From Cenococcum geophilum (Eukaryota): a stretch of 64,000 nucleotides of DNA. Shown in pieces: positions 13,450-26,764 of this stretch. A program made the position numbers and the translations under genes. The notes under the pieces are model-generated. The model saw nothing but the letters and a program-made list of their open reading frames with translations. It searched no databases and was not told where the DNA came from. Numbering within the stretch: position 1 is the first letter of the stretch; each line of letters begins with the position of its first letter. The stretch covers positions 992,001-1,056,000 of the forward strand of contig CP158636.1 of assembly GCA_050273025.1 (NCBI GenBank). The letters are read 5' to 3'.

Positions 13450-14500
13450 ATGCCTATCCTACTACCCCCAAGCCGTCTAAGAGGGTTAAAAGGGAGCTAA
13501 AGCTAAAGCTGCATATAGCAAGGAAGGCAAAGAGGCCAAAATCGCCGTCGCCGTCGCCGTTGCCGGCGCCCCCGCTATCGGCTTAGCCTATATTCGTGGA
13601 TTCGGATTCGATAAGGACGAGGAGGATAAGGGCGAGGATGAGGGCGAGGACGAGGACGAGGAGCTAGTAGAGACTGGGCACGAGGATTCAAGCACGTCGT
13701 CACCGCCGCCGCCGCCACCCGCACGCTTTACAAGTGTTTGAAAGGCAACTGTCCATAGTGGAAAAGAGACTCTACCTAGACGAAGTCAGCTATATATGGC
13801 ACCAATAATCTATACCTATTCTAGCTAGAGGAGTGGAGAGAGTAGGTCTTATTGGATCCATTACCGCGAAAGTTTAAGGTTAGCCAGCTTAAAGCTATCG
13901 CATTGTATAAGAAGGCGTAGTAAGTTAACTACTGCCCCCAAGGGATTTGCTCTCGCGATAATCTTAAGTAAGCTGTTAATATAGTTAAGGAGTGGCACTA
14001 GCGCTGGCCTTTAAGATCTTTAGCCTTAAACTTCACCTTGTATTTAGTTAAGGAAAAGGAACTAAAGACTTAAGTTTTTACTAATACTTAAAGCTAGTAA
14101 TTAGGTAAAAGACCTATAGGTAGAAGGATAAGTATATAGGCTTAACTTGCTGCTCTACCTAGTATACTTACTACTAAGGAAGCCTTTAGTAATTAAATAC
14201 TCGTAATTGCCGATTAGTAGCCTTATATAAATGCTTACTATTATAATAAGGGTAAGACTTATTAGTAGAATAAGAAGTCGCCTAACTTACCTAATTCGGC
14301 AATTAACTATTATTCTATTAATATAAATAATTTTCTAAAGTAGAATAAAGAGCTACTTAGTGGCATATTTATAGTTAAGTAATTATTATAGAATATTATT
14401 ATTAATTTAGTAAACTAGAAGGAGAGAAGCTAGGGGAGTTATAAGAAGTAGGTAGTAGAAAAGAAAGAATCTATACTATTAATAAATAATCTTTTTATAG
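13450..14500 (+). pseudogene. RIP-degraded ORF of unknown, probably transposon-borne, gene (Lys/Pro-rich and acidic N-terminus)
   Basis: Reads PKPSKRVKRELK...SPSPSPLPAPP...DKDEEDKGEDEGEDEDEDEE...PPPPPPARFTSV. TAA/TAG stops accumulate rightwards in TpA context. Family not recognised. Confidence 0.45.
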
Positions 14501-14517
14501 CCTTTATAGTGTCTTAC

Positions 14518-14785
14518 TATAAGGGTTATTTTGACCCTTACTCGGGTACATCGCCTAAGGGCCGCTTAGGGGTAGCCAAGGCCTAGCCGAAGGCTAGGCT
14601 TGGCACCTCCTTATAAGCACCTCGGGCTTGCAGCCCTTTCCCTCCTCATCGGTTCGTCTCTCTCTCTCTCTGTACGAGGCTATTGCCTACCCTCATCACC
14701 ATATCGTCCTCTTCCATCGACTCTCCTTGTGACTCATGCTCGGCTTGCCTGCTCCCTACCGTACACCCTAGCAATGTGCCTTACA
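14518..14785 (+). mobile_element. Solo LTR (268 bp) with 5-bp TSD CTTAC
   Basis: TATAAGG (RIP of TGTAAGG)...CCTTACA inverted termini; CTTAC at 14513-14517 and 14786-14790; internal TATAA followed by a pyrimidine tract. Confidence 0.8.
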
Positions 14786-15404
14786 CTTACTTTAGGCTAG
14801 CTAATTACTTACCTGTTTAGCCTTATTACTCCTACCCTCCGCTATATATAGGTATTAAGCCGCCCTAAAACTTTAGCCCTATTTAGTTAGAAATAGACCT
14901 AATTAAGCTGCTTAGTTAGTTCTTTAAATAGCTAGCGTATAAGCTAAGCTTTTATAGTAAGTAATAGAGGGTGATTTTAGAGTAAATTAAAGATAAGCTA
15001 GCTTAAACTAGGAGTAAGATCTTTGCCTTTAAGTAGTCTAGATAGTAGCTATTTATTAATCTATAATACATCCTACTTCTTAAAAGTATTACCCTATATA
15101 CATCCTATATACTTAACTAGCAATAAAATATAGAAAGGTATTAAAGCTTTTTAACTTCTTAACTAGCCGCTAGTTCCTTTTAATCTAAGCCTTAATATTA
15201 TTAAAATGTTAGCGACTTAGTTAATCGAGGCACAAGTACGGCAAGAGGGGCGCGCAAGCCTATATAATTGGATTATCTATAAACGAGAATCTACAGCTAG
15301 AGAGAGAAAAAAGGAGAAGAATAGTAGCGCCACTCGAAGTTTTATGCGGTCCTTAAGTCACGTAAGCTTACATAACTCCGCGTCTACTATAACGTCTACT
15401 ATAG

Positions 15405-15615
15405 TGTCACGGGAGTCACTCGCGCACGTTCGTCCCGTGACACCTGCGCACGTTCTACGACCACCCCTATTTCTTTGACCACGTTAACCTGACCTGTTCT
15501 GTTTCTGTATCTAAATGTCTTTATATTAACCACGCATAGTTACGCGTACGTAGCCTTCTTCAATTACTACCCCGTTTAGTACATTGTATTCCAGCTTGTA
15601 CCTACTTCCGTAATA
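15405..15615 (+). mobile_element. Solo LTR (211 bp) inserted within the G1 3' LTR, TSD TATAG
   Basis: TGTCACGG...CCGTAATA termini with TATAG on both sides (15400-15404, 15616-15620). Removing it makes the G1 LTR 226 bp, versus 227 bp for the sister LTR at 56126-56352. Confidence 0.85.
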
Positions 15616-15720
15616 TATAGTCTATCGTTTTCCACTATCGCTATAATATTACCCCCCTCCTTCTAAAAAGCCTGCCCTTAGGCTTTATATATCCGTGTTA
15701 TATCTATAGGGTATTCTTAT

Positions 15721-18700
15721 TGTCGGGAATGAGGCAAGCGGTCGTCACGTGTCGCCGCGGCACTAGCGTAGTGAGGAGTCTTAAGCTCCTCGCCCTTCCT
15801 CATTCCAAACAAGAAGCTTTATTAACTAACATCACTGTAACCCTACTCGAGTAGTCGTTATTAGTGAGTTACCCTATATAACCAACACTAATTAGTAGTT
15901 AAATACATAGTTAACCACAGAGCAGCTAGGTTTTTAAATAGAAGAGACAGTCTTATATAGGGGTGCTATATGCGCTTATATAGAATGGATCCTGGCGATA
16001 CTGTGCTACCTTAGACTTGCGGAAAACTAGTAACAGAAGTATTACTAAGTACTAGGAGATACTAAGTTGCGTCTATTATATAGAACAACCGCGTTTACAA
16101 AGATTTGGTTAAGTACTTTAGGTTAGAAGTGTTACTAAACCTAGGGTCCTAAGTTAACGTCTAAAATGCGTTAAATAATATCTTAAATTGCCTACCTCTT
16201 AACAGTAAACCTATAAGATCCTATAAAACCGAAAATCCTACCTACCTTTGACGTATAACACCCTATTAATTTTATACCTACTATGGCGTTAACCTACCCA
16301 AAGAAGTATAAGGAAGATATTAACCTAAAGATATAGAATAAAGTTATAATTAACCTTATAAACGCTAATAAATAAGACTTAAATAGATTTTTATTATACT
16401 GTATGGCATATTATAAGGATAGTAAATATAATAATACCGCGCTATAGGAATATATAAAGGAGGACTTTATTAGATGGATAAAGGAAATATAGGCCCCTAT
16501 AAATAAGGATATTGTATAGGACTTCTGTAACTTCTTTTAGGAGAATAGAGTATTTGTCCCTAAGGATGGGGGTACTATTAGAGATAATATTTAGGAGTAG
16601 GTTATTAACGTAAAAGAAGAGCACGAATGGACTCTATAAGAGATTAAGCACTAACTACGCACTATAAGAAAGCTTAACTTATAATGGAACCTAAGTAATA
16701 TACCTCTAGAGACGAACCTACCTTCGCCTTTAATTCCTCTGTATCTAATTTAACCCATAACCTTAATATTAGATACTATACCCTAATAAGAGTAGGTATA
16801 GGATCCCATTACTTTATAATTTAATAACCTTTGGACTCTACCGACTAGACCTATATCCCTACTATAGCTTATAATGCAACCCCTACCTCCTCTATCTTAA
16901 TCTTAAATTAGAGGTAGTTTAAAATTGCTTATAAAGCTTACGAAGCTCTATTTAGATTAGGAAAAGAAGTTTAGTGGGGAATTATATAATATTCTTAATT
17001 TAAAACTACGTATCTTCTATAACTATTGCTAAAAGGTAGGAATAGAGTTTAATTAATACTATAATGCCTATTCTGTTATGCTTAAGGGCCGAGCTAGTAC
17101 CTTCTATTATAATTGTTTAGTAGGAAAAGGATATAATTTTAACCGTATAATATATAAGTTAAGATACTACTTTAAAACAGAAGAGAATAAGTAGTAGTAT
17201 ATGTTAGAATAGAGAGAGATTACCTTCCTAAGGATTATTGCTATAAACCTAGGTGTCCCTTGGCTTAATTATCTTTAAAAGCTCTTTAATTAACTTTAGA
17301 TAATTTAGTATGGATTATCCAAATTATATTAAGAGGACTTTAGCCTATATAATTAAGTTATTAGCGTATGCTAAGGTGTTAAAGAATATAACCTTGCTCT
17401 TTTTAATCCTGTAAATACTTATAAAGGAGTATATACTTAATTAAGATCTTCTATTAGCACCGCTCTACGCTCTTAAGAAGTATAGTAATTTAATACTTAA
17501 CTCTAACCTACTTTAATTAACCCGCCTAACCAATATGATTATAACTAGACTAATTAAATATATGGTGGCTGGGGTAGGTAATACGGTAAAGGGTATAATT
17601 AATAACTATAAGGTAAAGGTGGAGGCCCTTATAGAGGTTCATTTTAGAACAATTATTAGAAGAAGTGCTACGTTTATAAGAAGCCAAATTGCTAGTTAAC
17701 TAGGCACCCCCTTAATAAACAAAAGAAGGTATATAATAAGTTCCGCTAGAGTATACAAAACGTTAGAAATTATAAGGTTACTATAGCCTACTTTTAAAGC
17801 TTCCTAGTTTAATATAAAGGTATAAAAGATTTTAAGGGTAAGGTTAATGAGGCCAAATAGCTTCTTATAGATATAGAAATTAAGGACTATTCTTCTAACT
17901 AATACTTTACTAAGTATAGTAAGGTAAATGGCATATAAACTATTGCTGTCCTTAATAACCAATCTACGCTCTATTCTGTTATAAAGTTAGATATTTTTAA
18001 TAAGCTAAAGGAAAGTTTTACGTTCTCCTTTAATAATAGATACTCGGCGAACGTCTTTTATAGTATTATACTAGATACTAGAGCTATAGGAGTATCTATA
18101 GTAGGGGAACCTTAAGTTTAAGCTCTTTAGTAGCTAGATAGCTTTATTTAGATTAACTAATTAACGGCAGGCTAATATACAATTTGCTTTAGTAAGGGTA
18201 CTATAACCTTTTTTAGTATAATTAAAGTCTAAACCCCATTAGGATATATTACTTTCTATATTATTCCTATAAACACCCTATTTCTATTCTGTATCTAAGA
18301 TATAGATAAATTAGGCGTTAAGCTCAATAACCTTAAAAATATGCTTATTTAGGGAGACAATTGGGTGCCCATTATACGCAAGTAGGGTCATCTTTAGTTA
18401 CTCCTTTAATAGCCAGAAAGAAGCGTTGCTTAGAGCCATCTAACTAAGTCAGAGCTACGTTAACTACATCGTCGTTTTAGCCACCTATCTGTTTACTAAC
18501 TACTTAGGGTCCTTTAGCGAGTAGGCTATAAGGTTAAGGTTAAGGCGATTAAGCATTTTATAAAGTACTATTATTACTACTAAATAAACCAGAAGTCCCC
18601 TAGCCGATTTAAGTTTACCCTTAAAGATAACTACAACTTTAACTTTTATATTATTATTAATGTTATATATCTTAGCGGCAAGCTAGTACTCTAAGTCGTT

Positions 18701-21686
18701 AACTTCTTAACCTCTTTCTAAGCCGCACGATTCTTAAAGGATATATTAGCTAAGAATGTATAGGATACCTTTTAATTATACTAGATTAATATCTACCTAG
18801 GACACCCTAATTAAATTATCTATAATATAGGAAAGAACTTCTTATTTATAGAGTTTCAATAATAAATAAAGGCAATGGCAATTAAGGTTAAGGAAGTCCC
18901 TATTAAGGCATATAATAGCGTTAAAAAAGTAGAGTAATATTATACGCTATTACGCCGCGTATATAAGATTATCTCTTTAGAACTAAAGAATGCTAGTAAA
19001 GAACTTACCTTATAAATAGCTGTTAAAGCTATTAATAATTCTGCTAGCCCAGATAAACTTATACCCACGTTACTAGTCTTTAGCACCTACCCTTAAATAA
19101 CTAATAATTCTCTACTATCTCCCTCCGTCGTGTAATAAGCTAAGGCTATTTATAAAGCAATAAAGGAGGTATAACGTCTCTACGCTATACACTAGGTCAA
19201 TAACGCACTAGAAATAAGAAATAGCCTAAATACTTTAACTACGCTTAATCTGCCACTTTAGTCTAAGGTACGCGTATAGCGTAAAAAGGGAGGGTAGTTA
19301 GGCCCATATTAACTTATTGTAATTAATAGTTAAACTTATACTATTTAAATGCCTTACGGACCCACTTAATTCCGTTTAACTATTATTAAGCCTTATTATA
19401 AAGATAACAGTTCTAAGCCTTTATAAAATACCCTAGAAGAGGCCCTAAAGGAGAACTATAATTAATATGCTCTAGAAGGCGACTACAATTCTAATATAAT
19501 TGTAGTAGATGCGCCGCAACTATAACGCGGTAGAGGTCGCCCAAAGGGATTACAAAATCGCTAACATCTTATTAATTTTAAAGAGCAATTCGTTGCCGCC
19601 ATTAAGAATGGAGTTAAGCTATTAATAACCTTTATAACAGCTAAAGAGAAGGCTAACTTTAAGCTCGCAAAATAGCTCTAAAAGGAAGGTTATATTATAA
19701 CTCTAAGAGCCCCCTTCTAAGCATTTAACAAACGGGAGATTAACGGTCTTATTGCAAAAGGAGTCTTTAAATTTAAGAAGTATGACCCTACTAAGTATAA
19801 TGGAGTTTACATCTTTAAGTTAAAAATAGTTAATAAAATTAAGGGTAAAGCTACTGACGCCCTATTTAAGAAATTAAGGCTTGTTATCTAAGTCTATAAT
19901 AATAACAGTAAGGAGACAATTCTTATGCAATCTCCTATAATATAACGAGCTAGTTAATAAGTTATTATTGCACTAGCTCCCTCCTTAATAAAGAACGGAA
20001 TAGTAGTTTATTTATAAGATATCACTTAAGCCTATACCCAATTAGAGGCGCATCTTTAGCGTTTAATATTAGCATATCTTCTAGAGTAAATTCGCCACTA
20101 ATATCCCAAAGATATAATTATGGTTGTTCTTAAGCTATTATATAGAATTACAGAGGTAGGAACTTATTAGTGGGCTACTTATAGCAAGTACTATAAAGAG
20201 AAGCTTCTAATAACTACTTTTATATTTAATCTCTGCTTCCTTATTATAACTACGGGAACTCTATTTAGAATTATTAATATACAAACTAACGATATAATTA
20301 TCTTAGGAGACGACTAGTTCTTAGCTCTTAAAGAAGATAAGCTAGTAAAGGTAAATCTTATAGTAAAGCCAAAGGAAAAGCTTAATTTAATAACACTATT
20401 ACTCTTTAATAGATATATCCTTTCCCTAAACGAGAATTCTATTGCTTTACACTAGAAGGGTTAAGGTAAGAAAATTAATATTATTAACGTTAATCCCTTA
20501 AAGTAAGGATATATAGAGCAACGCACTTATAAAGCTTATATTGCTTCTATCTATTAACCTAAGGCTTTATTTAATCTCTCTGTTACTACCTAATACTAGG
20601 AACTAACTAAGGACAACATTCTTGCCCTAAATAAACGTTTTTTCTAGTAAATAAACCATCTTAATTGGGGACTACTCTATGTGCTTATTAATCTTCCTAC
20701 CGCTAAGCTCTTTATATTTATTAATGGATTATTTATAAATAATAAAGACTTTAGCTCCTAGTTGGGATATAAGATTATTATCGCAAACGAATTTACTAAA
20801 GAGAATAACTTTATAATCTACGGTAATCTTATCTATTAGAGCTTAACTAAGAGTAAGCGCGTTATTTAAAGAGTTCTAGCGTTAGAGATATATAAAATAG
20901 TTAGCGGAGTTAACATAGCAATTTCAATTAGAACTACCCTAAAGATAATTATAGATTAACTCGAACTTCCCATTATCCCTATAATTATATGCACCAACTT
21001 ATACTCCCTCTATAAGTGTTTAGTTAAGCTTAATACTATAAAGGAAAAGCGCCTTATAATTAATATTATGGCACTTCAGTAATTCTACAAACAGCAAAAA
21101 CTCTTTAAAATTTAATAAATTAACGGCTAAGACAACCTAGTAGATATAATAATAAAGGTAAACCTAAATAAGGCTCTAGAGATATTTATTAATATAAATA
21201 CTCTATATATACGAGTTAAAGGTTGGGTTAAAAGGGAGTAAGAGCAAGACTTATATTATAATGGTAATAGTTAATAGGCACGTACTATGCGCTATTATGG
21301 CTTAGCAGAATTTGGTAGAAGTCTATAGCTTAGCAGAATTTAGTAGAATTCCATAGCGTGGTAGAATATAGTAGATTGCGGCAGATTGCGGCAAATTGCG
21401 GTCTTATAACTGGGCTTGATCGGTGGGCGTGTATAAGGTATTACGGGGTGGTCCTATAATACTACGCTAGTTAAGCAGTATTTGTATATAGATGGCAACC
21501 ATAAAAGAAGAGTTGCTAGTGTCGGGAATGAGGCAAGCGGTCGTCACGTGTCGCCGCGGCACTAGCGTGGCGAGGAGTCTTAAGCTTTTTGCCCTTCCTC
21601 ATTCTAAACAAGAAGCTTTATTAACCAACATCACTGTAACCCTACTCGAGTAGTCGTTATTAGTGAGTCACCCTGTGTGACCAACA
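15721..21686 (+). mobile_element. Full-length Copia (GalEa-like) LTR retrotransposon 'C1', RIP-inactivated
   Basis: 167-bp LTRs 15721-15887 and 21520-21686 (TGTCGG...CCAACA), TSD CTTAT. Domains in Copia order: HRRF(G)H pre-integrase ~18470, KSP(G)RFKFTLKD integrase, RT (DI(T)QAY, LKPLYG-like, QT(D)D), RNase H (SKRV..SVLA(S)E). Confidence 0.95.
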
Positions 21687-24144
21687 CTTATCTTTATACT
21701 TAATTAACAGCTTATTATCTTTGCTATACTAATACTCTATTTACTTATTAAAATACTTTAAAGGTTTAGGCTTATTAGGGTATTAGTTATAAAACCCTTT
21801 AAACTTTTAAGGGTAGCTTATAAAGTTCTAAGCGGGGTACTAGGTTAGGTCTAGAATTATAGCCTTTCTATTAGATACGGTATTATAGCATTCCTTATAC
21901 TAGTTTGTAGGCTAGTATTTTATTAACTTCCTATTTATTATTTCTATTAACTTAAATTAGTAAAGTAGGTTTATTCTTTTATTTAGGTAACGGGCTATAG
22001 AGGGCTTTATTATTATAAAATATTCTAAGGCTTTATAATTAGAAACTACCTAAATAGGCTTAGGTGTCCCTTCTAGCTATATATACTAGTACTTTAAGCT
22101 AGAGATAATAGCTAGCATTTCTTTATTATAAATATAGTAGTTTAGTTTAGTATTTACTATAGTCTTTAAATAGTATATAATAGGGTGCCATTTTCTATCT
22201 AGTTGCTTTTAAAAATAAACGCCTGCTATTATACTGTTTAAGGTAGTAGTTTTTAGTATTAAAGGCCGTTTCAAGTAAAAGAGTTAGTCTTTTTAGGTAA
22301 GGCGGTTAAAAGGCCTAATAATCTTACTGTAGTCCTTAATAAAGTATTAGTAGAAGTTATAAAAACCTAGAAATAATTATACCTCCTTTATAGTCTGTAG
22401 GAATACCTATTAGGTAATTATAACCCTTTTTTTATATTAGTCTTAATTTTATCTATACTAATAATAAACCCTAAATACTTTATACGCTTAATACTAAACT
22501 CTAACTTCCTAATATTAGCTTAGAGACTAGCTTTATAGAACTATTATAAAACTTTATAGATATACTCTTTATATTCTAGTTTATTTTTAAAGTAGATTAT
22601 AATATTATCTAGGTAGGCTGTATAGAAGTTATTAAGGTAGTTAAAGAGTATATTATTTATATATCGCTAGTATATAGCTAGTCTATTAATTAGTTTAAAA
22701 AGAAGTACTTTATATTTATACGTTCCATAATAGGTCTAAAATATAATGAAAAATTTAAACCTAAGGTTTATCCTAATTTAGTAAAAGGCCTAGTAGATAT
22801 TAAGTTATATAAAAACCTTAGCTCTACTTATTTAGGCTAAAGTTTTATTAAGTAGGGGTAATAGATAGTGGTCCTTACGGGTTATATTATTTAGTTTATA
22901 GTAGTTAATATAGAAACAGAGTTCTTTATTTAGCTTTTTAGTAAAGAAAACAAGTAAGTTAAAAAGGGCTTGGCTAGGCTTAATTAAGCCCTTATCTAGG
23001 TTATTAATAAGGTACTACTTTATAGCCTATGATTTAGTAATAAACTACTAAAAAGGGGGCTAAAACTAAAGGTATTTTCTTTATCTAGCTTAATCTTAAC
23101 TTTATAGTTATATAGTTAGTAAGGCGGCAGTATATTAAATACTGCCTTAGAGAATACGTCCTTAAATTTCTAGTATTAATAGGGTAGTTTCTATTCTACT
23201 AGCTCCTTATCTATAAACTTACTTTCCTATCTATTAAGCTTACTTTCTAATTTCTTAATTATTTAATTAATTTTATATAATCTAGTAGTAAAGGTAATAG
23301 CATTAAGTTAAGCTAAGTTTTAGTAGAATCCTACAGCGTTAATATAATAGATATTAACTAGTAAAAGGTCTATAGGTTTCTTTATAGACTTTTATTAGGC
23401 CATATTTTATAGTATAAGGTTTATAATCTTCCTTAGCTTATATTCTATTTCTATAAGTTATCCTTCTAGTTTATTAGTCTAATATAGCGTTTAGTATTTC
23501 TAGCCTTCCTTTATAACTATATAGAGCCTAAGCTTTCTATAGTGGACTTAGGTAGGTTATTACTAACTTTTTAAGTCTTTAGTGTAAGTAGTATAATATA
23601 GGTAGTCTAGTGGTAGTATAGTATATAGATCTACTATATATTAAGCTATATATCCTTTTTAAAGGCCTAGTCCCTATATATAGTATTAGCCTAATAAATA
23701 GTATTAATCTAGGGCTGTATAAGGTTTTCTATTATAATTATAATTTCTTTTATAAAGAAAGGGGCTAGGAGTAAAGTTTTAGGCTAAATAAGCCATCTAC
23801 TCTATATATTAAGCTATAAGCCTAAATAGGCTAGCTATTTTCTTTTTAAGATTATATTATAGCTTTCTAGATCTATAATAAGGAAGGGGGTATTATATTA
23901 CCTTTATCCATCAACATAAAGGTAACCCTATAAAATAGTTATAATAGGTAGCCCTATTTATCTATTATACCTATAAATAAGAATTAGTTTATATAGTCCT
24001 TTAAGGGGCGTATTTAAAAAGTTAGCCAGCTTTATAGTATACTAGGTATCTATTAAAGTAAAGATATTTACTTTAGAGTTAGCTAAAGTAGAGGTTAAAC
24101 TTAATATTTATTATAGAATAAAGTAAAAGAATAATATAGCTTTT

Positions 24145-26764
24145 TGTAAGCTTTTGCAGTATATAGGAATTAAATAAGCAACTTGATTGTAAATCTATAA
24201 AAATCAAGTGGTATATATACATAAAAGTAGAGTCATGACCGTAGGGTCTATAACTCAATTTTAACTATATATAAGGTATATGAGGTATATAAAAGTAGTA
24301 TTAATACAGCCTTTTAGGCTGCAACCTTGTGTCTTAGTACAGTCCAGGTAGTCGGTTATATACCCCCCTAGATTTAACGGTATAGTTAAAGCTATAGAAA
24401 ACAAAAATAAAGGTAGAAAATTGTACTAAAATAGGAAATTTAGATACAAATTAGGAGTGGTAAAGCTTAATTTAATTCGCTAATAGGCCGATATTAATGC
24501 TCTAGTGACGTTATAGACGTCGTATTTAGTAATATTACGGTTGTTATAACTGGTGCTAATATAGGCTGGACAGGAATTGCTTTAATTATATCTAGGATAT
24601 CGTCTTAAAGTCCTTATGGTGTTTAATACTAGTAGATCTAGAGGTACTATTCTACTAGAAGTTAGTAATACAGTCCTATATAGAATTAGTAACTATTTAG
24701 CATCCTTTATAAGAGGCTCTACTAAATTAATTAATTTAGGTGTAGTAATTTAATCTACATTTAAGGCAGTTAATTAATCTGTACTTGCGGTAGACCTTTT
24801 TAATCTATAGTTAAGGTAGATATAAAGGTAGATCTTTAAAGCTGTTTAATTATATTAACGTGTTTATAAAGCTGCTTAATTACATTAATATACTTTGGAC
24901 GCTGCTATTATTGCAAAAAAGACGCTACTGTTGTTGCAGGAGATTAACGTAGTTATTTAGTAACTCTATTAACGTTAAGACGTTAAATTTAATGACGTTA
25001 AGACGTCAGATTTAGTAACGTTAAGATATCGGGATTAGTGCTTTAGAATTAAAATTAATTATTCCTGTATTAATATTGGCTTTAGCCTAATTTAATTAAT
25101 TAATTAATTAAATTATTCTGGTGTTTAAACGGTTATTATACGGCTTTAGTGACGGTAGTTTCTTAATTAAATGTCCTTTAGTAACTATCCATCTAGTATC
25201 CAGTTAAGCTATAGTAGTACTAGATCCTTCCATACTGTTTTAGTAATTGTTTATCTAGCATAAGCCTTATATCTGGCCCTATTACCTTATATCTGGTTTG
25301 CCCTATAAGCTTATAGTACTATAGAAGTTATCTATTGTAACTAGTTATAGAAAGTCGTTCGCTATTAATTTAAAAGGGTTAAGAAGGGTCTAATTAGTGT
25401 CTTAGCGTAACCTTATTTAGACATTCCGAGCTTTTAATTTAATTCGTTAGTTGTTATTTATTGGTCGGGTTTATACGCTTAGTTTAATCGTCCGTTTAGT
25501 GTAGTATTGGTACCTCCCTAGGAAGCCTTAATTTAATTTCGTAATAGGCCTATATTAAGGCTCTGGTTTGGTTTTATTTAATATTTAATATTTAATCCAG
25601 TTAAATTAATCTGGTGTTTGCTAGCTAGTCATTTAAACAGTTATCTAGTTTTGGTAACAGTCCTCTAGCTACTATCGGTTTAGTGCCTTCCTTATATCTA
25701 CCTAGTATCCTTATCTCTTACTATTAATATATCTAAGCTAGCTTCTACTCTAGCTTCGTGCTCTAATATCTCGCTCTAGCTTTATGCTCTAGCATCTTGC
25801 TCTAGCTTTATGCTCTAGCATCTTGCTCTAGCTTTATGCTCTAGCATCTTGCTCTAGCTTTATGCTCGGGCTATTACGCTAGCTAAGCTCTTACTTAGAC
25901 GCCATATAAGGTTATTACGCTATAGTAGATAGGTCGATTTTATTAAATGGTTATATATCTAGGTTGAAGGAGGTTAGGGTTCGTATGGTCGGGTTTATAC
26001 AGTTAGGTTTAGTTTGGTTTAATTAATGTTTAATATAATTAATATTTAATTATCCATCCGTTTGGTAAATAAAGGTAATTATAAGTATAAAAGAGGTACC
26101 TAAAAGAAGCTTAAAACACTTATAAAGATAGAAGAAGTGGTAACTTCTTAAACGAGGTAGCAGATTAATTGCTTAATAAGCGCTAAATATATAGATTAGA
26201 TACAGTACGGTAGGCAGGCTGGGCTTATAACTATAAGCTTTTACAGTATATAGGAATTAAACGAGCAACTTAATTATAAATCTATAGAAATTAAGTAGTA
26301 TATATATATAAAAGTAGAGTTATAACCATAGGGTCTATAACTCGATTTTAACTATATATAAGGTATATAAGGTATACAAAAGTAGTATTAATACAGTCTT
26401 CTAGGCTATAACCTTGTGTCTTAGTACAGTCCAGGTAGTTAGTTATACACCCCCCTAGATTTAACGGTGTAGTTAAAGCTATAGAAAACAAAAATAAAGG
26501 TAGAAAATTGTACTAAAATAAGAAATTTAGATACAAATTAGGAGTGGTAAAGCTTAATTTAATTCGCTAATAGGCTAATATTAATGCTCTGGTGACGTTA
26601 CAGACGTTATATTTAGTAATGTTGCGGTTATTGCAACTGGTGCCAATATAGGCTAAACAGGAATTGCTTTAATTGTATCTAAAATATCGTCTTAAAGTCT
26701 TTATAGTGTTTGACGCTAGTAGATCTAGAGGTACCATTCTACTAGGAGTTAGTAATACAGTCCT
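24145..26764 (-). mobile_element. Internally deleted Copia in tandem arrangement (LTR-internal-LTR-partial internal)
   Basis: 216-bp LTRs at 24145-24360 and 26232-26447, each followed on the plus strand by the same PPT (CCCCCCTAG) and ~315 bp of shared 3' internal sequence. PBS GTTATAAGCCC at 26231-26221. Confidence 0.8.
25748..25867. repeat. 26-bp tandem repeat (GCTCTAGCTTTATGCTCTAGCATCTT)n, ~4.5 copies, made of two 13-bp subunits
   Basis: Direct reading of the sequence; lies in the 5' leader of the deleted Copia. Confidence 0.9.

Larger units (their letters stand above)
15207..24144 (-). mobile_element. Chromodomain Gypsy (Ty3) retrotransposon 'G1', RIP-degraded, integrase deleted, interrupted by a solo LTR and a Copia; 5' end not found
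   Basis: 3' LTR 15207-15648 next to PPT (plus strand ACCCCCCTCCTTC). Chromodomain ~21700-21950, RNase H ~22030-22280, RT with YLDN(D) near 22610, protease ~24050. LTR and 3' end match the element at 56126. Confidence 0.85.

Noticed and set aside
25748..25867. Regular repeats as a CRISPR-like array
   Set aside because: No unique spacers, eukaryotic context, and located in a retroelement leader; a simple minisatellite.
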